A DNA stretch of 29,040 nucleotides from assembly GCA_040326155.1 (NCBI GenBank), contig JBEQLE010000057.1, positions 1-29,040 of the forward strand, read 5' to 3'. The DNA is from Leptospirales bacterium (lineage in GTDB: Bacteria > Spirochaetota > Leptospiria > Turneriellales > JAOUFE01). The translations under genes were made by a program, and so were the position numbers. A model generated the notes under the pieces. That model saw nothing but the letters and a program-made list of their open reading frames with translations, was not told the origin of the DNA and searched no databases. This document shows positions 7,596 to 16,968 of the stretch, piece by piece (position 1 is the first letter of the stretch; the number at the start of each line of letters is the position of its first letter).

Positions 7596-7857
7596 AATAA
7601 CGAAATGCGTGATAATACCTAAATACCAGGCATTTTGACGGCAAAAGAAAAGAAACCCCTCCCGGCGGCAGCCGAAAAACGTTTAATTGTCTTTGGCAGG
7701 ATTGAATTCGAAATTTTCAGATTCGCATGTAGTTGTGACATAAAAGATGAATTTATGTGTGGCAGGAATTCATTTAATGTTTATGTTCATTTATGATCAC
7801 TTTTTTGTCATTTTGTCTGATTTTTCCTTTCTGTAAGCTATTTGGTAGAAAAAATAC

Positions 7858-7887
7858 TTGCACTCATAAATGAGAAAATATTACCAT
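7858..7887 (+). promoter_or_regulatory. Possible sigma70 promoter with a small palindrome in the spacer
   Basis: TTGCAC-N18-TACCAT. CTCAT-AA-ATGAG palindrome at 7863-7874. A GAGGGGG ribosome-binding site precedes ATG 7940. Confidence 0.3.
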
Positions 7888-7939
7888 TCATTAGTATATT
7901 AATATTGCAAATTAATCTGTTGAACCTGAGGGGGATCTA

Positions 7940-8686
7940 ATGTTTAAGGAAACTGGAAAAAGAACAATTTCTATAATAGCCTTTATAAGTTTTTCACTAC
8001 TTGGCCTGTCTATTTATGGGCAAGAGGAAGATGCTGGGGATAGTAAGAAAGAAAGTACTGAGAGAGCGGTACAAGGTAGTTATTTAAAAAAAATCAATTC
8101 GAAAAAAGCTGCCGAAAAATACTCTATTATCAATAAGAAATCATTATATGAGTTAGCTGTTATTGTCGGGAACTACGGCTCTGAAAGTGAAAAGAAAACA
8201 TACGCAGAGTTGAAACAAAATTATACGGAAGGTGTGAAAAACCTGTATAAAAGAAAGTTTCTTGAAGCGGGTGCCGGGCTGGAAAAAAATTATCTGGAGA
8301 TTAAAGTTCTTTATAAAACTATGGCTGAGCGTTATCGCGATAAAGCCAGTAACTTGCTCAGTGATTGTGCTGAATCTATAGTTGATATGGAACTTAATAT
8401 TGCACCTTCCGCAGATAGCGCTCCTGAGGCACTTGCACGTCAACGAAAGTCTGTTTATGAAAATAAACATCGATTGAGCATCGCCTACGAGCAGTTTAAT
8501 AACGGTGATGGTTTTGAAAGGGAAGAGAACTATTCGCTTGCTATTGTCCACTACCGTGGTGCAATTACACACGGAGTGAATATTTTAATCGACTTGGCAG
8601 AAACGGAAGAAGCCAAGAATCAGGTTAGAGAAAAGTACCAAACTGAATTATACGATGTTGAAAATCGTTTATCTAATTCGAATTAA
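7940..8686 (+). CDS. Exported alpha-helical hypothetical protein (reminiscent of leptospiral OmpL37-like surface proteins)
   Basis: Strong RBS, signal peptide and an all-helical charged sequence. The family resemblance is from memory and tentative. Confidence 0.65.
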   Translation: MFKETGKRTISIIAFISFSLLGLSIYGQEEDAGDSKKESTERAVQGSYLKKINSKKAAEKYSIINKKSLYELAVIVGNYGSESEKKTYAELKQNYTEGVKNLYKRKFLEAGAGLEKNYLEIKVLYKTMAERYRDKASNLLSDCAESIVDMELNIAPSADSAPEALARQRKSVYENKHRLSIAYEQFNNGDGFEREENYSLAIVHYRGAITHGVNILIDLAETEEAKNQVREKYQTELYDVENRLSNSN

Positions 8687-10037
8687 ACAGTTTCTATTAT
8701 TAACGATAACGATCTTTACCGGGTGTTTTGCTACCTCTTCTACCCAAGGGTATGTTGTAGTACTTGATCCCGGTCATGGAGGGCGATTTATTCGCCCTCC
8801 ATCCGTTTATGGTGACAAGTATGATGTCCGTTTTGGGCATTATCTTGATAAATATCGGGAAGGCGCCTCGTATAAAGGACTGCATGAAAATATAGAGATG
8901 TATGAACTTGCTACGCGGGTTCAGAAGTTACTCTTGTTAACTCAAACTTCCGAAGGCCGAAAAAAGTTTCACGAGATTGTAAAAAAATACAATCCAGGGG
9001 CGACTCTACCCAGCCAACCTATTCAAGTTTTTATTTCTCGCGCCGCCGGTTATTATGGTGAATACGAAGAAAATGGCATCGACATTAACGGCCCGTATCG
9101 TCTTTACGATTATCCCGATATAAAAACCGGTAAAATACAGAAAGGGACGATTAGTCGAATAAACTCTGTGCGTCCTAACCTTGTCGTAAGCATGCACCTG
9201 ACTTCTGGACGTGGGGGAAAATATGGGGCGCTTAGCGCTGTGGCAACCCCTGGTTATGATACCTATAAAGATGCTTTGAGTTTTATAACGGGTGACTCTA
9301 ATAAAAAAAAGGCCATTCGAAAAAAATTCGTAGAGGGAGCATATAATGACTGGTTTAACAGTGGGTGTGGAAAAGATTCGTTTGAATGGTTTTTGTGCGA
9401 CGCTTGGATTTATTTTACAGGGTACTGGAGCAAATCTCATAGTCTAGAGCCTGACTTATTGAAATTTCGTGGCAATCGCTATAATTTTTTAACCTGGGCT
9501 TATTCCGACCCCATGTGGCCAAATAGTGAAGCGATAGAGAATAAAAGCGGAGCTTACGCTGAACATCTGAAGAAATTTAAGCCCGAAGGCCGTTTCTGGG
9601 ACAGGGAAAAAAGTGACCCTGAAAAGTGGCGTCGTGAAGGTGGTCCAGAAGGGTATGGGGGAGATAATCTCTACGCGGCTAATGAGCTGCTTCGTTTTGT
9701 CCGGTACTCACTGTATAAAAACGGCGTTTCAAAATACGAAAAGTTGCCTCGGCTTCGCAAGCCCTATCTTTCAACATGGTCTGTGCCAACTCATGTGAAC
9801 GCCATTTCAGCTTATCTTGAATTGGCCTATATTGATAATCCACATGATTATCGCCGAATTAAGTCGTATAAAAATGTTCAAGCTGAAGCTATTGCCGTAG
9901 GTATATATTCACTTTTTTATGGTCTGGAATATTCAAAATCAAACCCTCAAAAAGATTTTCCCTGGGGAAAACCGATTGATTTTTCTCGGTATCAGAATTA
10001 CAACGGTTCGAATTATTTTAAGGATGTGGTCGAGTAA
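8655..10037 (+). CDS. N-acetylmuramoyl-L-alanine amidase (Amidase_3), probable lipoprotein, with large insertions
   Basis: VVVLDPGHGG, LHE, VSMHL and YLELAYI zinc/catalytic motifs; IFTGC lipobox-like signal. Confidence 0.8.
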   Translation: MLKIVYLIRIKQFLLLTITIFTGCFATSSTQGYVVVLDPGHGGRFIRPPSVYGDKYDVRFGHYLDKYREGASYKGLHENIEMYELATRVQKLLLLTQTSEGRKKFHEIVKKYNPGATLPSQPIQVFISRAAGYYGEYEENGIDINGPYRLYDYPDIKTGKIQKGTISRINSVRPNLVVSMHLTSGRGGKYGALSAVATPGYDTYKDALSFITGDSNKKKAIRKKFVEGAYNDWFNSGCGKDSFEWFLCDAWIYFTGYWSKSHSLEPDLLKFRGNRYNFLTWAYSDPMWPNSEAIENKSGAYAEHLKKFKPEGRFWDREKSDPEKWRREGGPEGYGGDNLYAANELLRFVRYSLYKNGVSKYEKLPRLRKPYLSTWSVPTHVNAISAYLELAYIDNPHDYRRIKSYKNVQAEAIAVGIYSLFYGLEYSKSNPQKDFPWGKPIDFSRYQNYNGSNYFKDVVE

Positions 10038-10042
10038 ACGAA

Positions 10043-10768
10043 TTAATCTAACAGTCCTTTTGAGCTTAAATAACTATAGGCTGCTTTTTGTTCGGATTTT
10101 TTTCGGCTTGTCGATAGTCCCCGGGTGATCTCAACGCCTTTTATGAATAGACCAATTAAGAATTCCTTATTGTGCTCTGGGCCTTCGGTAGATAGTACCC
10201 GGTATTCAGGACGCATTTTCCCTTCTTTTACCAGATGTTCTTGTAGGTGAGATTTATAATCAACACTGAAGCGCGGTGATTTGCTTTGTGATAGATACGG
10301 TTCCCAATGTGCAAGTATAAATTCTTCGGCATGTGAGAATCCATTGGATACGAAAATTCCCCCGATTAATGCCTCTAGTGCATCTGCCATGTTTGATATA
10401 CGAATATGGCCCCCGGTATTTGACTCTCCCTTGCCCATTAGCAGGTAGTCGCCAATTTGCATTACCTTTGCAATATCGCCGAGCGTTGGTTCACAAACAG
10501 CCTGGGACTTGCGCTTGGTTAACTCACCCTCGTTGGCTTCAGGAAATAACCGGTATAGTTCACGCGCAATAACCATTCCCAATACAGCGTCACCAAGAAA
10601 TTCCAGCCTCTGGTTATGAAACTGATGCAGTGAGCTTCTTTTTTGCTTCTTCAATTCATTAGCATAACTTTTATGAGTTAAACTTTGGTCGACCAATGTA
10701 GAGTCGACATGCTCCAGGTTGTATTTAGCACAAAATTTTGCGATTTGTTTCGCACGCACAGTATCCAT
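10043..10768 (-). CDS. rnc: Ribonuclease III
   Basis: LTHKSY, NQRLEFLGDAVL signature, ADALEALIG, and a C-terminal dsRBD (DYKSHLQE...GPEH...KKSEQKAA). Confidence 0.97.
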   Translation of the reverse strand: MDTVRAKQIAKFCAKYNLEHVDSTLVDQSLTHKSYANELKKQKRSSLHQFHNQRLEFLGDAVLGMVIARELYRLFPEANEGELTKRKSQAVCEPTLGDIAKVMQIGDYLLMGKGESNTGGHIRISNMADALEALIGGIFVSNGFSHAEEFILAHWEPYLSQSKSPRFSVDYKSHLQEHLVKEGKMRPEYRVLSTEGPEHNKEFLIGLFIKGVEITRGLSTSRKKSEQKAAYSYLSSKGLLD

Positions 10769-10856
10769 TGGATTATTATCGCTCCATTGGTTAACGGGTT
10801 AATACCCATAAAAAAATTGTGTTAATACACCCACTGAAATGAAAATTTGAGTGTTT

Positions 10857-10882
10857 AAAGCCGCCTGAGTAGACGGCTTTTT
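10857..10882 (-). terminator. Hairpin terminator/attenuator between acpP and rnc
   Basis: On the minus strand, AAAGCCGTCT-ACTC-AGGCGGCTTT; the T-tract is short. Confidence 0.6.
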
Positions 10883-10912
10883 GGTCTAACGCATTAAAAA
10901 AATTTCGGTTGA

Positions 10913-11143
10913 TCAAGACCGTTCGTCGATGTACTTTGCGACATCTCCTACGGTTTGAATCTTTTCTGCATCTTCATCCGGAATTTCGATTCCAAACTCT
11001 TCTTCCAAAGCCATTACAAGTTCAACTGTATCCAGCGAGTCGGCGCCTAAGTCATCGATAAAATGAGATTCTGGCGTAATTTCCGTTTCATCCACGCCTA
11101 ATTGTTCTGCTATAATCTTTTTAATTTTATCCATATCTGCCAT
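10913..11143 (-). CDS. acpP: Acyl carrier protein
   Basis: [21 protein letters not shown] phosphopantetheine site; AGGAG ribosome-binding site. Confidence 0.98.
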   Translation of the reverse strand: MADMDKIKKIIAEQLGVDETEITPESHFIDDLGADSLDTVELVMALEEEFGIEIPDEDAEKIQTVGDVAKYIDERS

Positions 11144-11256
11144 TTTGGTCTCCTATTGTTCTAATTTCATCGGTATTATTAATCCGTGCAAGGGCATGTA
11201 TAAATAATCTTCTTTTATTGTAAAGCAATTACTAAGAATTATCTAATTTTCGATTG

Positions 11257-12009
11257 CTACAGAGCCGTGATTCCACCATTTATATTCAAAACATGCCCTG
11301 TTATGTATTCTGCCATATCAGATGTTAGAAATAAAACCGCTTTTGCGATATCTTCTGGTTTTCCTGCTCTATTTAGTGGTATCGATTCGATAATTCTTAC
11401 TTTGTGTTTTTCTGGTATGGCCTGAGTCATTGGTGTATCTATAAAACCGGGTGAAACACAATTTACACGAATGCCAAAGGGAGCTAGTTCTTTAGCCAGA
11501 GTATTGGCCATTCCGATTACTCCCGCTTTCGATGCTGAGTAGTTTGCTTGTCCGGGGTTTCCATTTGCAGCTATGGACGAAATACAGACAATTGTTCCGG
11601 AGCGTTGTTTTCGCATAATATTTGCCGCTGCCTGTGTGCAGTAAAACATACCGGTCAAGTTCACATCGATCACTTTTTTCCATGCGTCGGGTTTCATCCG
11701 AATAAACAGTCCATCTTTGTTTATGCCCGCATTGTTAATTAAAATATCGACTTTTCCCCATTTTTCAAATGTTTTAGCAAACATATTTTTAACATCTTCT
11801 TCATTCGAAACGTCGCAGGAAACTGCCAGGGTTTCTACACCGGTTTTTGCAATTTCTTCTGCCGTTGCTTCAGCGGTCTGCATATCGATATCGGAAATTA
11901 CCACATGAGCTCCGTGACTGGCCAGTTTTTCAGCAATTCCTTTACCGATTCCCCGTCCCGATCCTGTTATTACGGCAACTTTACCTTCAATACTTTCAAA
12001 TTCATTCAT
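11257..12009 (-). CDS. fabG: 3-oxoacyl-ACP reductase
   Basis: TGSGRGIG, NNAGI, GQANYSASKAG, VSPGFIDT; adjacent to acpP. Confidence 0.93.
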   Translation of the reverse strand: MNEFESIEGKVAVITGSGRGIGKGIAEKLASHGAHVVISDIDMQTAEATAEEIAKTGVETLAVSCDVSNEEDVKNMFAKTFEKWGKVDILINNAGINKDGLFIRMKPDAWKKVIDVNLTGMFYCTQAAANIMRKQRSGTIVCISSIAANGNPGQANYSASKAGVIGMANTLAKELAPFGIRVNCVSPGFIDTPMTQAIPEKHKVRIIESIPLNRAGKPEDIAKAVLFLTSDMAEYITGHVLNINGGITAL

Positions 12010-12467
12010 TATTTTACTTCCTTAAACATATCTTTAGAACCCATCATAAATTTCATTTCTGCCTTGCAGGCGATTTCACCTTCAACGGTTGCAGTGCCAA
12101 TAACATGGGCAAATCTACTGCTATATTTCAATATTTCTACTTCTAATTTTAGCTGGTCACCCGGAATAACAGGACGTTTAAACCTTGCCTTTTCAATAGA
12201 CGCAAAAAAACCTATTTTCCCTTTATTTTCAGGAATGTTTAATATAAAAATACCCGCAGCCTGGGCCAGCGCTTCTATTTGTAAAACCCCCGGCATGATC
12301 GGTAGTTCCGGGAAATGACCATTAAAAAACTCTTCGTTTCTTGTAACATTTTTTAAAGCTACAATTTTCTTGTCTCCGATCTCCAAAACACGGTCAACCA
12401 ATAAAAAAGGGTAGCGATGAGGTAAAATTTTCGAAATTTCGGTAATATTTAGATGTTTTTCTGACAT
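12009..12467 (-). CDS. fabZ: 3-hydroxyacyl-ACP dehydratase
   Basis: [30 protein letters not shown]. The likely start is ATG 12467 (MSEKHL). Its stop overlaps the fabG start by 1 nt. Confidence 0.96.
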   Translation of the reverse strand: MSEKHLNITEISKILPHRYPFLLVDRVLEIGDKKIVALKNVTRNEEFFNGHFPELPIMPGVLQIEALAQAAGIFILNIPENKGKIGFFASIEKARFKRPVIPGDQLKLEVEILKYSSRFAHVIGTATVEGEIACKAEMKFMMGSKDMFKEVK

Positions 12468-12614
12468 AATAGTTTCCAATTTAATTATTTTGTAGTTATT
12501 ATCTTTCCTTTCGTAATGTTCAGTAAAGACTTTTTTGCGCTTGCAAACGCGATACACGGCTCTACTTTGGGTTCACATTTCTTAGTGATCTATATAGATA
12601 ATAATTAAACTTTT

Positions 12615-14936
12615 ATGTACGGACGAAAAATTAAGTCAAGACTCATTCAGATTGAAGAGTTTTTAAACATGCCTCGCTCCAGAAAGGCTGTTAAGCATTT
12701 TGCCCTGGGAGTTTTTGGTGTAATTGTACTCATTACAACGTATGTACTCTCTTTTTCTCATATTGGTCAAGTTTACTCCTACAATCTAGGCGATATCTCC
12801 GCAGATGACATTCGGGTAGTTCGCGATATTCGGTTTCTTGTGGATGCTGAAACCAAAGTAAAGAAAGAGGCGGCTCGAAACTCTATACCACCGATATTTA
12901 ATCGTGATTATCAGGTTCTTCGTCGAGTGATTGGAACAATTACCGCCGAACTTTCCAGCATGTTACGTATGAAAATCGGACTGGATTTATACGACAGGGT
13001 GATTCAAGAGCACACCTGGGTTAAAAGTATGTCTTCGGTCGAAAGAGAAGACATTGAAGAGCTTCTTATGAACTCCACAAACCGGGATGTCATAAAAAGA
13101 TGGGCACAAGGGTACGCAACGCTGGTTTTTGATAATTATGGTATTTTACCCGATGAACTTAAAAATATTGTCGAACCCGGAGTCACTGTTTTAACGGACA
13201 GCGATGGATCTGGTACAGTCAGTGAAGATACCTGGAATAGTGATCAATTGATCGCTGTTAACGATATGTATAAGCATAAAAATTATTCCGCTTTGACCAA
13301 GCTTGGTTCGGCATCTTTTCGCAATCAGGTTACAACTCGGGCTAGAAAACTTATACAGCGTCGAATTCTCTATCTTTACTCTAAATCTCCTTATTTACAT
13401 TACAATTCGGGTGAAACAGAGCAGCGAAAAATCGAAGCTGAAAATCTGGTTAAACCGGTTTATGGTACTTTGAAAAAAGGGCTGACAATTGTTCGAGCCG
13501 GCGACCCCATTAATCAGTCTACTCTGGATAAAATTGCAATACTTAACCAGTACCAGGGGAATACAAATGTAAAAAACATTTTAGGGATATTTTTAATACA
13601 GTTATTATTGGCACTGGGCATTTCGTATTTTATACATAAATTTTCTGAATTCGAAATGCGAGATCTGCAATCTTATATTATACTGGGAATTCAAATATTA
13701 ACTATTGTACTGATTGCTTTTCCGCTCGCTCGTTATTTTGGCGCAAGAGAAAGTGAAATATATTTTGCGCTTTTTGTACCGGTAGGGCTTGTTACGACGA
13801 TTGGCACTTTATTGCTTGGAGCCCAGGTTACTTTTGCTATGGGAGTTTTTTTGTCGGTTTTTCTTTTCATGATTTCCGGAAATGAAGCAAGTACATTTAT
13901 TATATCGATATTTTTTGTTATAACCGGAATTTATTCCAGCAATAAAATGGAACGTCGCACCCAGTTTATAAACAGTATTTTGCTTTCGGGCACTGTAATC
14001 TCGGTAGCCATTGTCGGTTTAGACCTCTCTTTAAACCAGATTTCAACTCAGACATATTTGAAAGTGGCTCTTGCTTTTTTGAATGCGATGCTGGGTATTA
14101 TTCTTGCCACCGGTTTTTTACCTTTTTATGAAAATGTATTTAATTTACCAACCCGGTTTCGTTTAATGGAACTGACCGACTTTAACAACCCTTTGCTGCG
14201 AAGAATGTCAGAAGAGGCCCCTTCTAGTTACACTCACTCTATTGTAATGGCCTCTCTTTCGGAAAGAGCCGTAAGCGTAATCGGCGGAGATTCGTTGCTG
14301 GCGCGGGTGGGTTGTCTGTACCATGATATCGGTAAAATGATTAATGCGGAAATTTACGCAGAAAACAAGCACTTGCAGATTGCAGCCAATAAAGCGTCTG
14401 GTCTTACTCCAAAACAGTATGCTGTAACAATAATTAAACACGTTCTCGATGGAATTGACATGGCCAGGGCGCATCGTTTGCCTGAAAAAGTAATAGCGTT
14501 TATACCAGAACACCACGGTACAAGTCTAATGAGGTATTTTTATCACGAGGCGCTTAAAGTTAAAAAAGAAGCGCCTGACAAATACAAATTTCGTTACCCC
14601 GGTCCGAAACCGCAAACGAAAGAGACAGCAGTTGTAATGATGGCCGACTCACTTGAGGCCGCTTCAAGAAGTGTGCCAGACCCGACGAAAGAGAATCTTG
14701 AAAAACTCGTAGATACTATTATAAAAGGAAAAATTGATGAGGGACAGCTTGATGAATGCCCCCTGACGCTCTACGATTTGAAAAAAATAAAAGAAAGTTT
14801 TTTACATGCTCTTTTAAGTACGTTTCACCTTCGGCCACAATACCCTACCAGTTCGGAAACTGAAAAACTCGAAAATCAGCTGGAAAACAATAATCGCTCT
14901 AAAGGACGGAAAAAAAAGACAAAGGGTAAAAAGTAA
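12615..14936 (+). CDS. 7TM receptor with intracellular HD phosphohydrolase (7TMR-HDED / 7TM / HDIG; PgpH-like)
   Basis: N-terminal TM, large extracytoplasmic domain and about 7 TM helices, then APSSYTHS, YHDIGK, IIKHV, EHHGT, YPGPKPQTKE and MADSLEAASR. The start could be 12669. Confidence 0.92.
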   Translation: MYGRKIKSRLIQIEEFLNMPRSRKAVKHFALGVFGVIVLITTYVLSFSHIGQVYSYNLGDISADDIRVVRDIRFLVDAETKVKKEAARNSIPPIFNRDYQVLRRVIGTITAELSSMLRMKIGLDLYDRVIQEHTWVKSMSSVEREDIEELLMNSTNRDVIKRWAQGYATLVFDNYGILPDELKNIVEPGVTVLTDSDGSGTVSEDTWNSDQLIAVNDMYKHKNYSALTKLGSASFRNQVTTRARKLIQRRILYLYSKSPYLHYNSGETEQRKIEAENLVKPVYGTLKKGLTIVRAGDPINQSTLDKIAILNQYQGNTNVKNILGIFLIQLLLALGISYFIHKFSEFEMRDLQSYIILGIQILTIVLIAFPLARYFGARESEIYFALFVPVGLVTTIGTLLLGAQVTFAMGVFLSVFLFMISGNEASTFIISIFFVITGIYSSNKMERRTQFINSILLSGTVISVAIVGLDLSLNQISTQTYLKVALAFLNAMLGIILATGFLPFYENVFNLPTRFRLMELTDFNNPLLRRMSEEAPSSYTHSIVMASLSERAVSVIGGDSLLARVGCLYHDIGKMINAEIYAENKHLQIAANKASGLTPKQYAVTIIKHVLDGIDMARAHRLPEKVIAFIPEHHGTSLMRYFYHEALKVKKEAPDKYKFRYPGPKPQTKETAVVMMADSLEAASRSVPDPTKENLEKLVDTIIKGKIDEGQLDECPLTLYDLKKIKESFLHALLSTFHLRPQYPTSSETEKLENQLENNNRSKGRKKKTKGKK

Positions 14937-15980
14937 ATGGGAGCGTCTATTCGCGCAAATTTTACCTTCTTAGTAAAATCTATTCAAGAGTACCCGTCCG
15001 AAAACAGGCAGAATCGGTTAATGTTTTTTTTGTTAACACTGCTTTCCATGACACTCACGTATGGCGCCTTTATCAACGGTACCTGGGACTCCAGACTGAT
15101 CAATGGATTTATTTATAGTTCATGTTTAATGCTTATTTTACTTTCTCATGAATTTGGTCATTTTTTTCAGGCTAAAAAATATGGAGTGGAATGTACTCTT
15201 CCATTTTTTATTCCCCTTCCTTTTGTAAGCCCTTTTGGAACGATGGGGGCTTTTATTCGAATGAAAACATCCCCTTCTACTTTGAATGCGCTGTTTGATA
15301 TCTCTTTCTGGGGACCAGCGATGAGTTTCTTTTTGAGTTTGCCGGTTCTGGTAATCGGTTTGTATTTATCGGAAATTATTCCATCTGAATATGAGAACTC
15401 TCTTTTTATTGCAAAAGAAAGTCCTTTGCTTTTCGGCCCTTCCTTCTTAATATCTACACTGCAAAAAATCTTACTCGATATTCCAGCCGGGCACGCGCTG
15501 GTAATGCACCCGATGGCATATGCAGGGTGGGTGGGCCTGTTTGTTACAGCAATAAATCTTATACCGGTTGGTCAACTTGATGGAGGCCACATTGCGTACG
15601 CTTTTCTGGGGAAAACTCAGATCTATATTGCGTATGTTTTTCTGGTTTTACTGCTTTTACTTGCCGCTGAATTTACACCCGCCTGGTTGTTCTGGGTTAT
15701 ACTGCTTTTTATTCTCGGAATTAGGCACCCGGTTATGAAAATTAAAAAGATCGATAGTATGCGCAGTAAAAATATTCATACGGATAGAAAACGGTTGATG
15801 ATGGGAATTCTGAGCGCTTTCATTTTCTGTATAAGTTTTATTCCGGCCCCCATAACAGTTGCGGGCGCGAAGGAACTCAAAGAGGAACAAGAAGTTTTAC
15901 CGGGTGAAGACTGGCAATATAATATTCATTATGAAAAAAACGAGGAAAAACCTGTAGATGGAAATCATCTATTTAACTGA
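14937..15980 (+). CDS. Site-2 protease (M50 intramembrane zinc metalloprotease)
   Basis: HEFGH, GP, NLIPVGQLDGGH motifs; multiple TM helices. Confidence 0.93.
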   Translation: MGASIRANFTFLVKSIQEYPSENRQNRLMFFLLTLLSMTLTYGAFINGTWDSRLINGFIYSSCLMLILLSHEFGHFFQAKKYGVECTLPFFIPLPFVSPFGTMGAFIRMKTSPSTLNALFDISFWGPAMSFFLSLPVLVIGLYLSEIIPSEYENSLFIAKESPLLFGPSFLISTLQKILLDIPAGHALVMHPMAYAGWVGLFVTAINLIPVGQLDGGHIAYAFLGKTQIYIAYVFLVLLLLLAAEFTPAWLFWVILLFILGIRHPVMKIKKIDSMRSKNIHTDRKRLMMGILSAFIFCISFIPAPITVAGAKELKEEQEVLPGEDWQYNIHYEKNEEKPVDGNHLFN

Positions 15981-16968
15981 CATCCACGATAACTTGAAAA
16001 GATTAAGGCATGTCATTCAAGATACCAGGGCCGACCTATATATAATTTCAGGCGATCTTATTTATAAAGCTTTTTTCACAGAAACTAAACTTTACGAATT
16101 CGTCTCTTTACAAGAAGAGTTTTTTTATTACCTTGTCCGTAAAAAAATTCGAGGAACTCCTTTGGAACTGGCCAGATCTATAATTCGGATGCCCGAAGCC
16201 TTTCCTGCCGGTTATCTGGTAAAAGCAAAAAGGTACCAGGAGTTATTTGCCAAGGCCGCTTCAAATATGAAGGCTAAATATTTAATTTTAAAGAGACTGG
16301 TTGAAACATACGCTAAAGCTGAGGTTCTATTTTTACCTGGCAACTATGACAGAGATTTACAATACACCGCTTTAGATACTTATGATATACATAAAAAAAA
16401 TCGCGTTATACAAGGAATTGATTTTGCAGGATACGGGGGGGCGCCAATTGCCACATCGGGAATTCCCGAATCGGTTTCCGTTGTATTTTATGAATATATT
16501 GTGAATGGGAAACTACACAGTGAACCCCTTGAGCAGTTTCAAAAGCAAAAACCAGATGTCCTTTTATTGCATAACCCTGCCTATGCTACACTCGATAAAA
16601 TTGCGTCACATGGGCATATCGGTTCCATGGGGGTGCGTCAGTATATCGATGATTACGAACCAACACTTGCTCTTTCCGGGCATGTTCACTCCGACCGCGG
16701 ATTAATGAAAATCAATAATACCTATTGTATTAATCCATCTAATTTCGGGGCGGTAGATACTATGAATGGACATGATGACGGCGGATTTTTTTGCCGAATT
16801 TTTATGCACAAAAAAAAACCTGAAACCGTATTTGAAGGACTGGTGCTTTATAAATATTTTGAAAAACATATTTTACCGGTATTAGAAATAAATATAAAAA
16901 ACAACAAACCCGTTGAAAAGGTACTCAATGAAAAAATCTATAATGAAATAGGAAGTTTTATAAGATGA
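15958..16968 (+). CDS. Calcineurin-like metallophosphoesterase
   Basis: TDIH, SGD, PGNYD, LHNP and GHVH motifs. Confidence 0.92.
   Translation: MEIIYLTDIHDNLKRLRHVIQDTRADLYIISGDLIYKAFFTETKLYEFVSLQEEFFYYLVRKKIRGTPLELARSIIRMPEAFPAGYLVKAKRYQELFAKAASNMKAKYLILKRLVETYAKAEVLFLPGNYDRDLQYTALDTYDIHKKNRVIQGIDFAGYGGAPIATSGIPESVSVVFYEYIVNGKLHSEPLEQFQKQKPDVLLLHNPAYATLDKIASHGHIGSMGVRQYIDDYEPTLALSGHVHSDRGLMKINNTYCINPSNFGAVDTMNGHDDGGFFCRIFMHKKKPETVFEGLVLYKYFEKHILPVLEINIKNNKPVEKVLNEKIYNEIGSFIR

Noticed and set aside
7371..7740. GC-rich intergenic patches as a tRNA or known riboswitch (cobalamin, c-di-GMP)
   Set aside because: No cloverleaf or T-loop, and the conserved riboswitch motifs could not be matched by eye.
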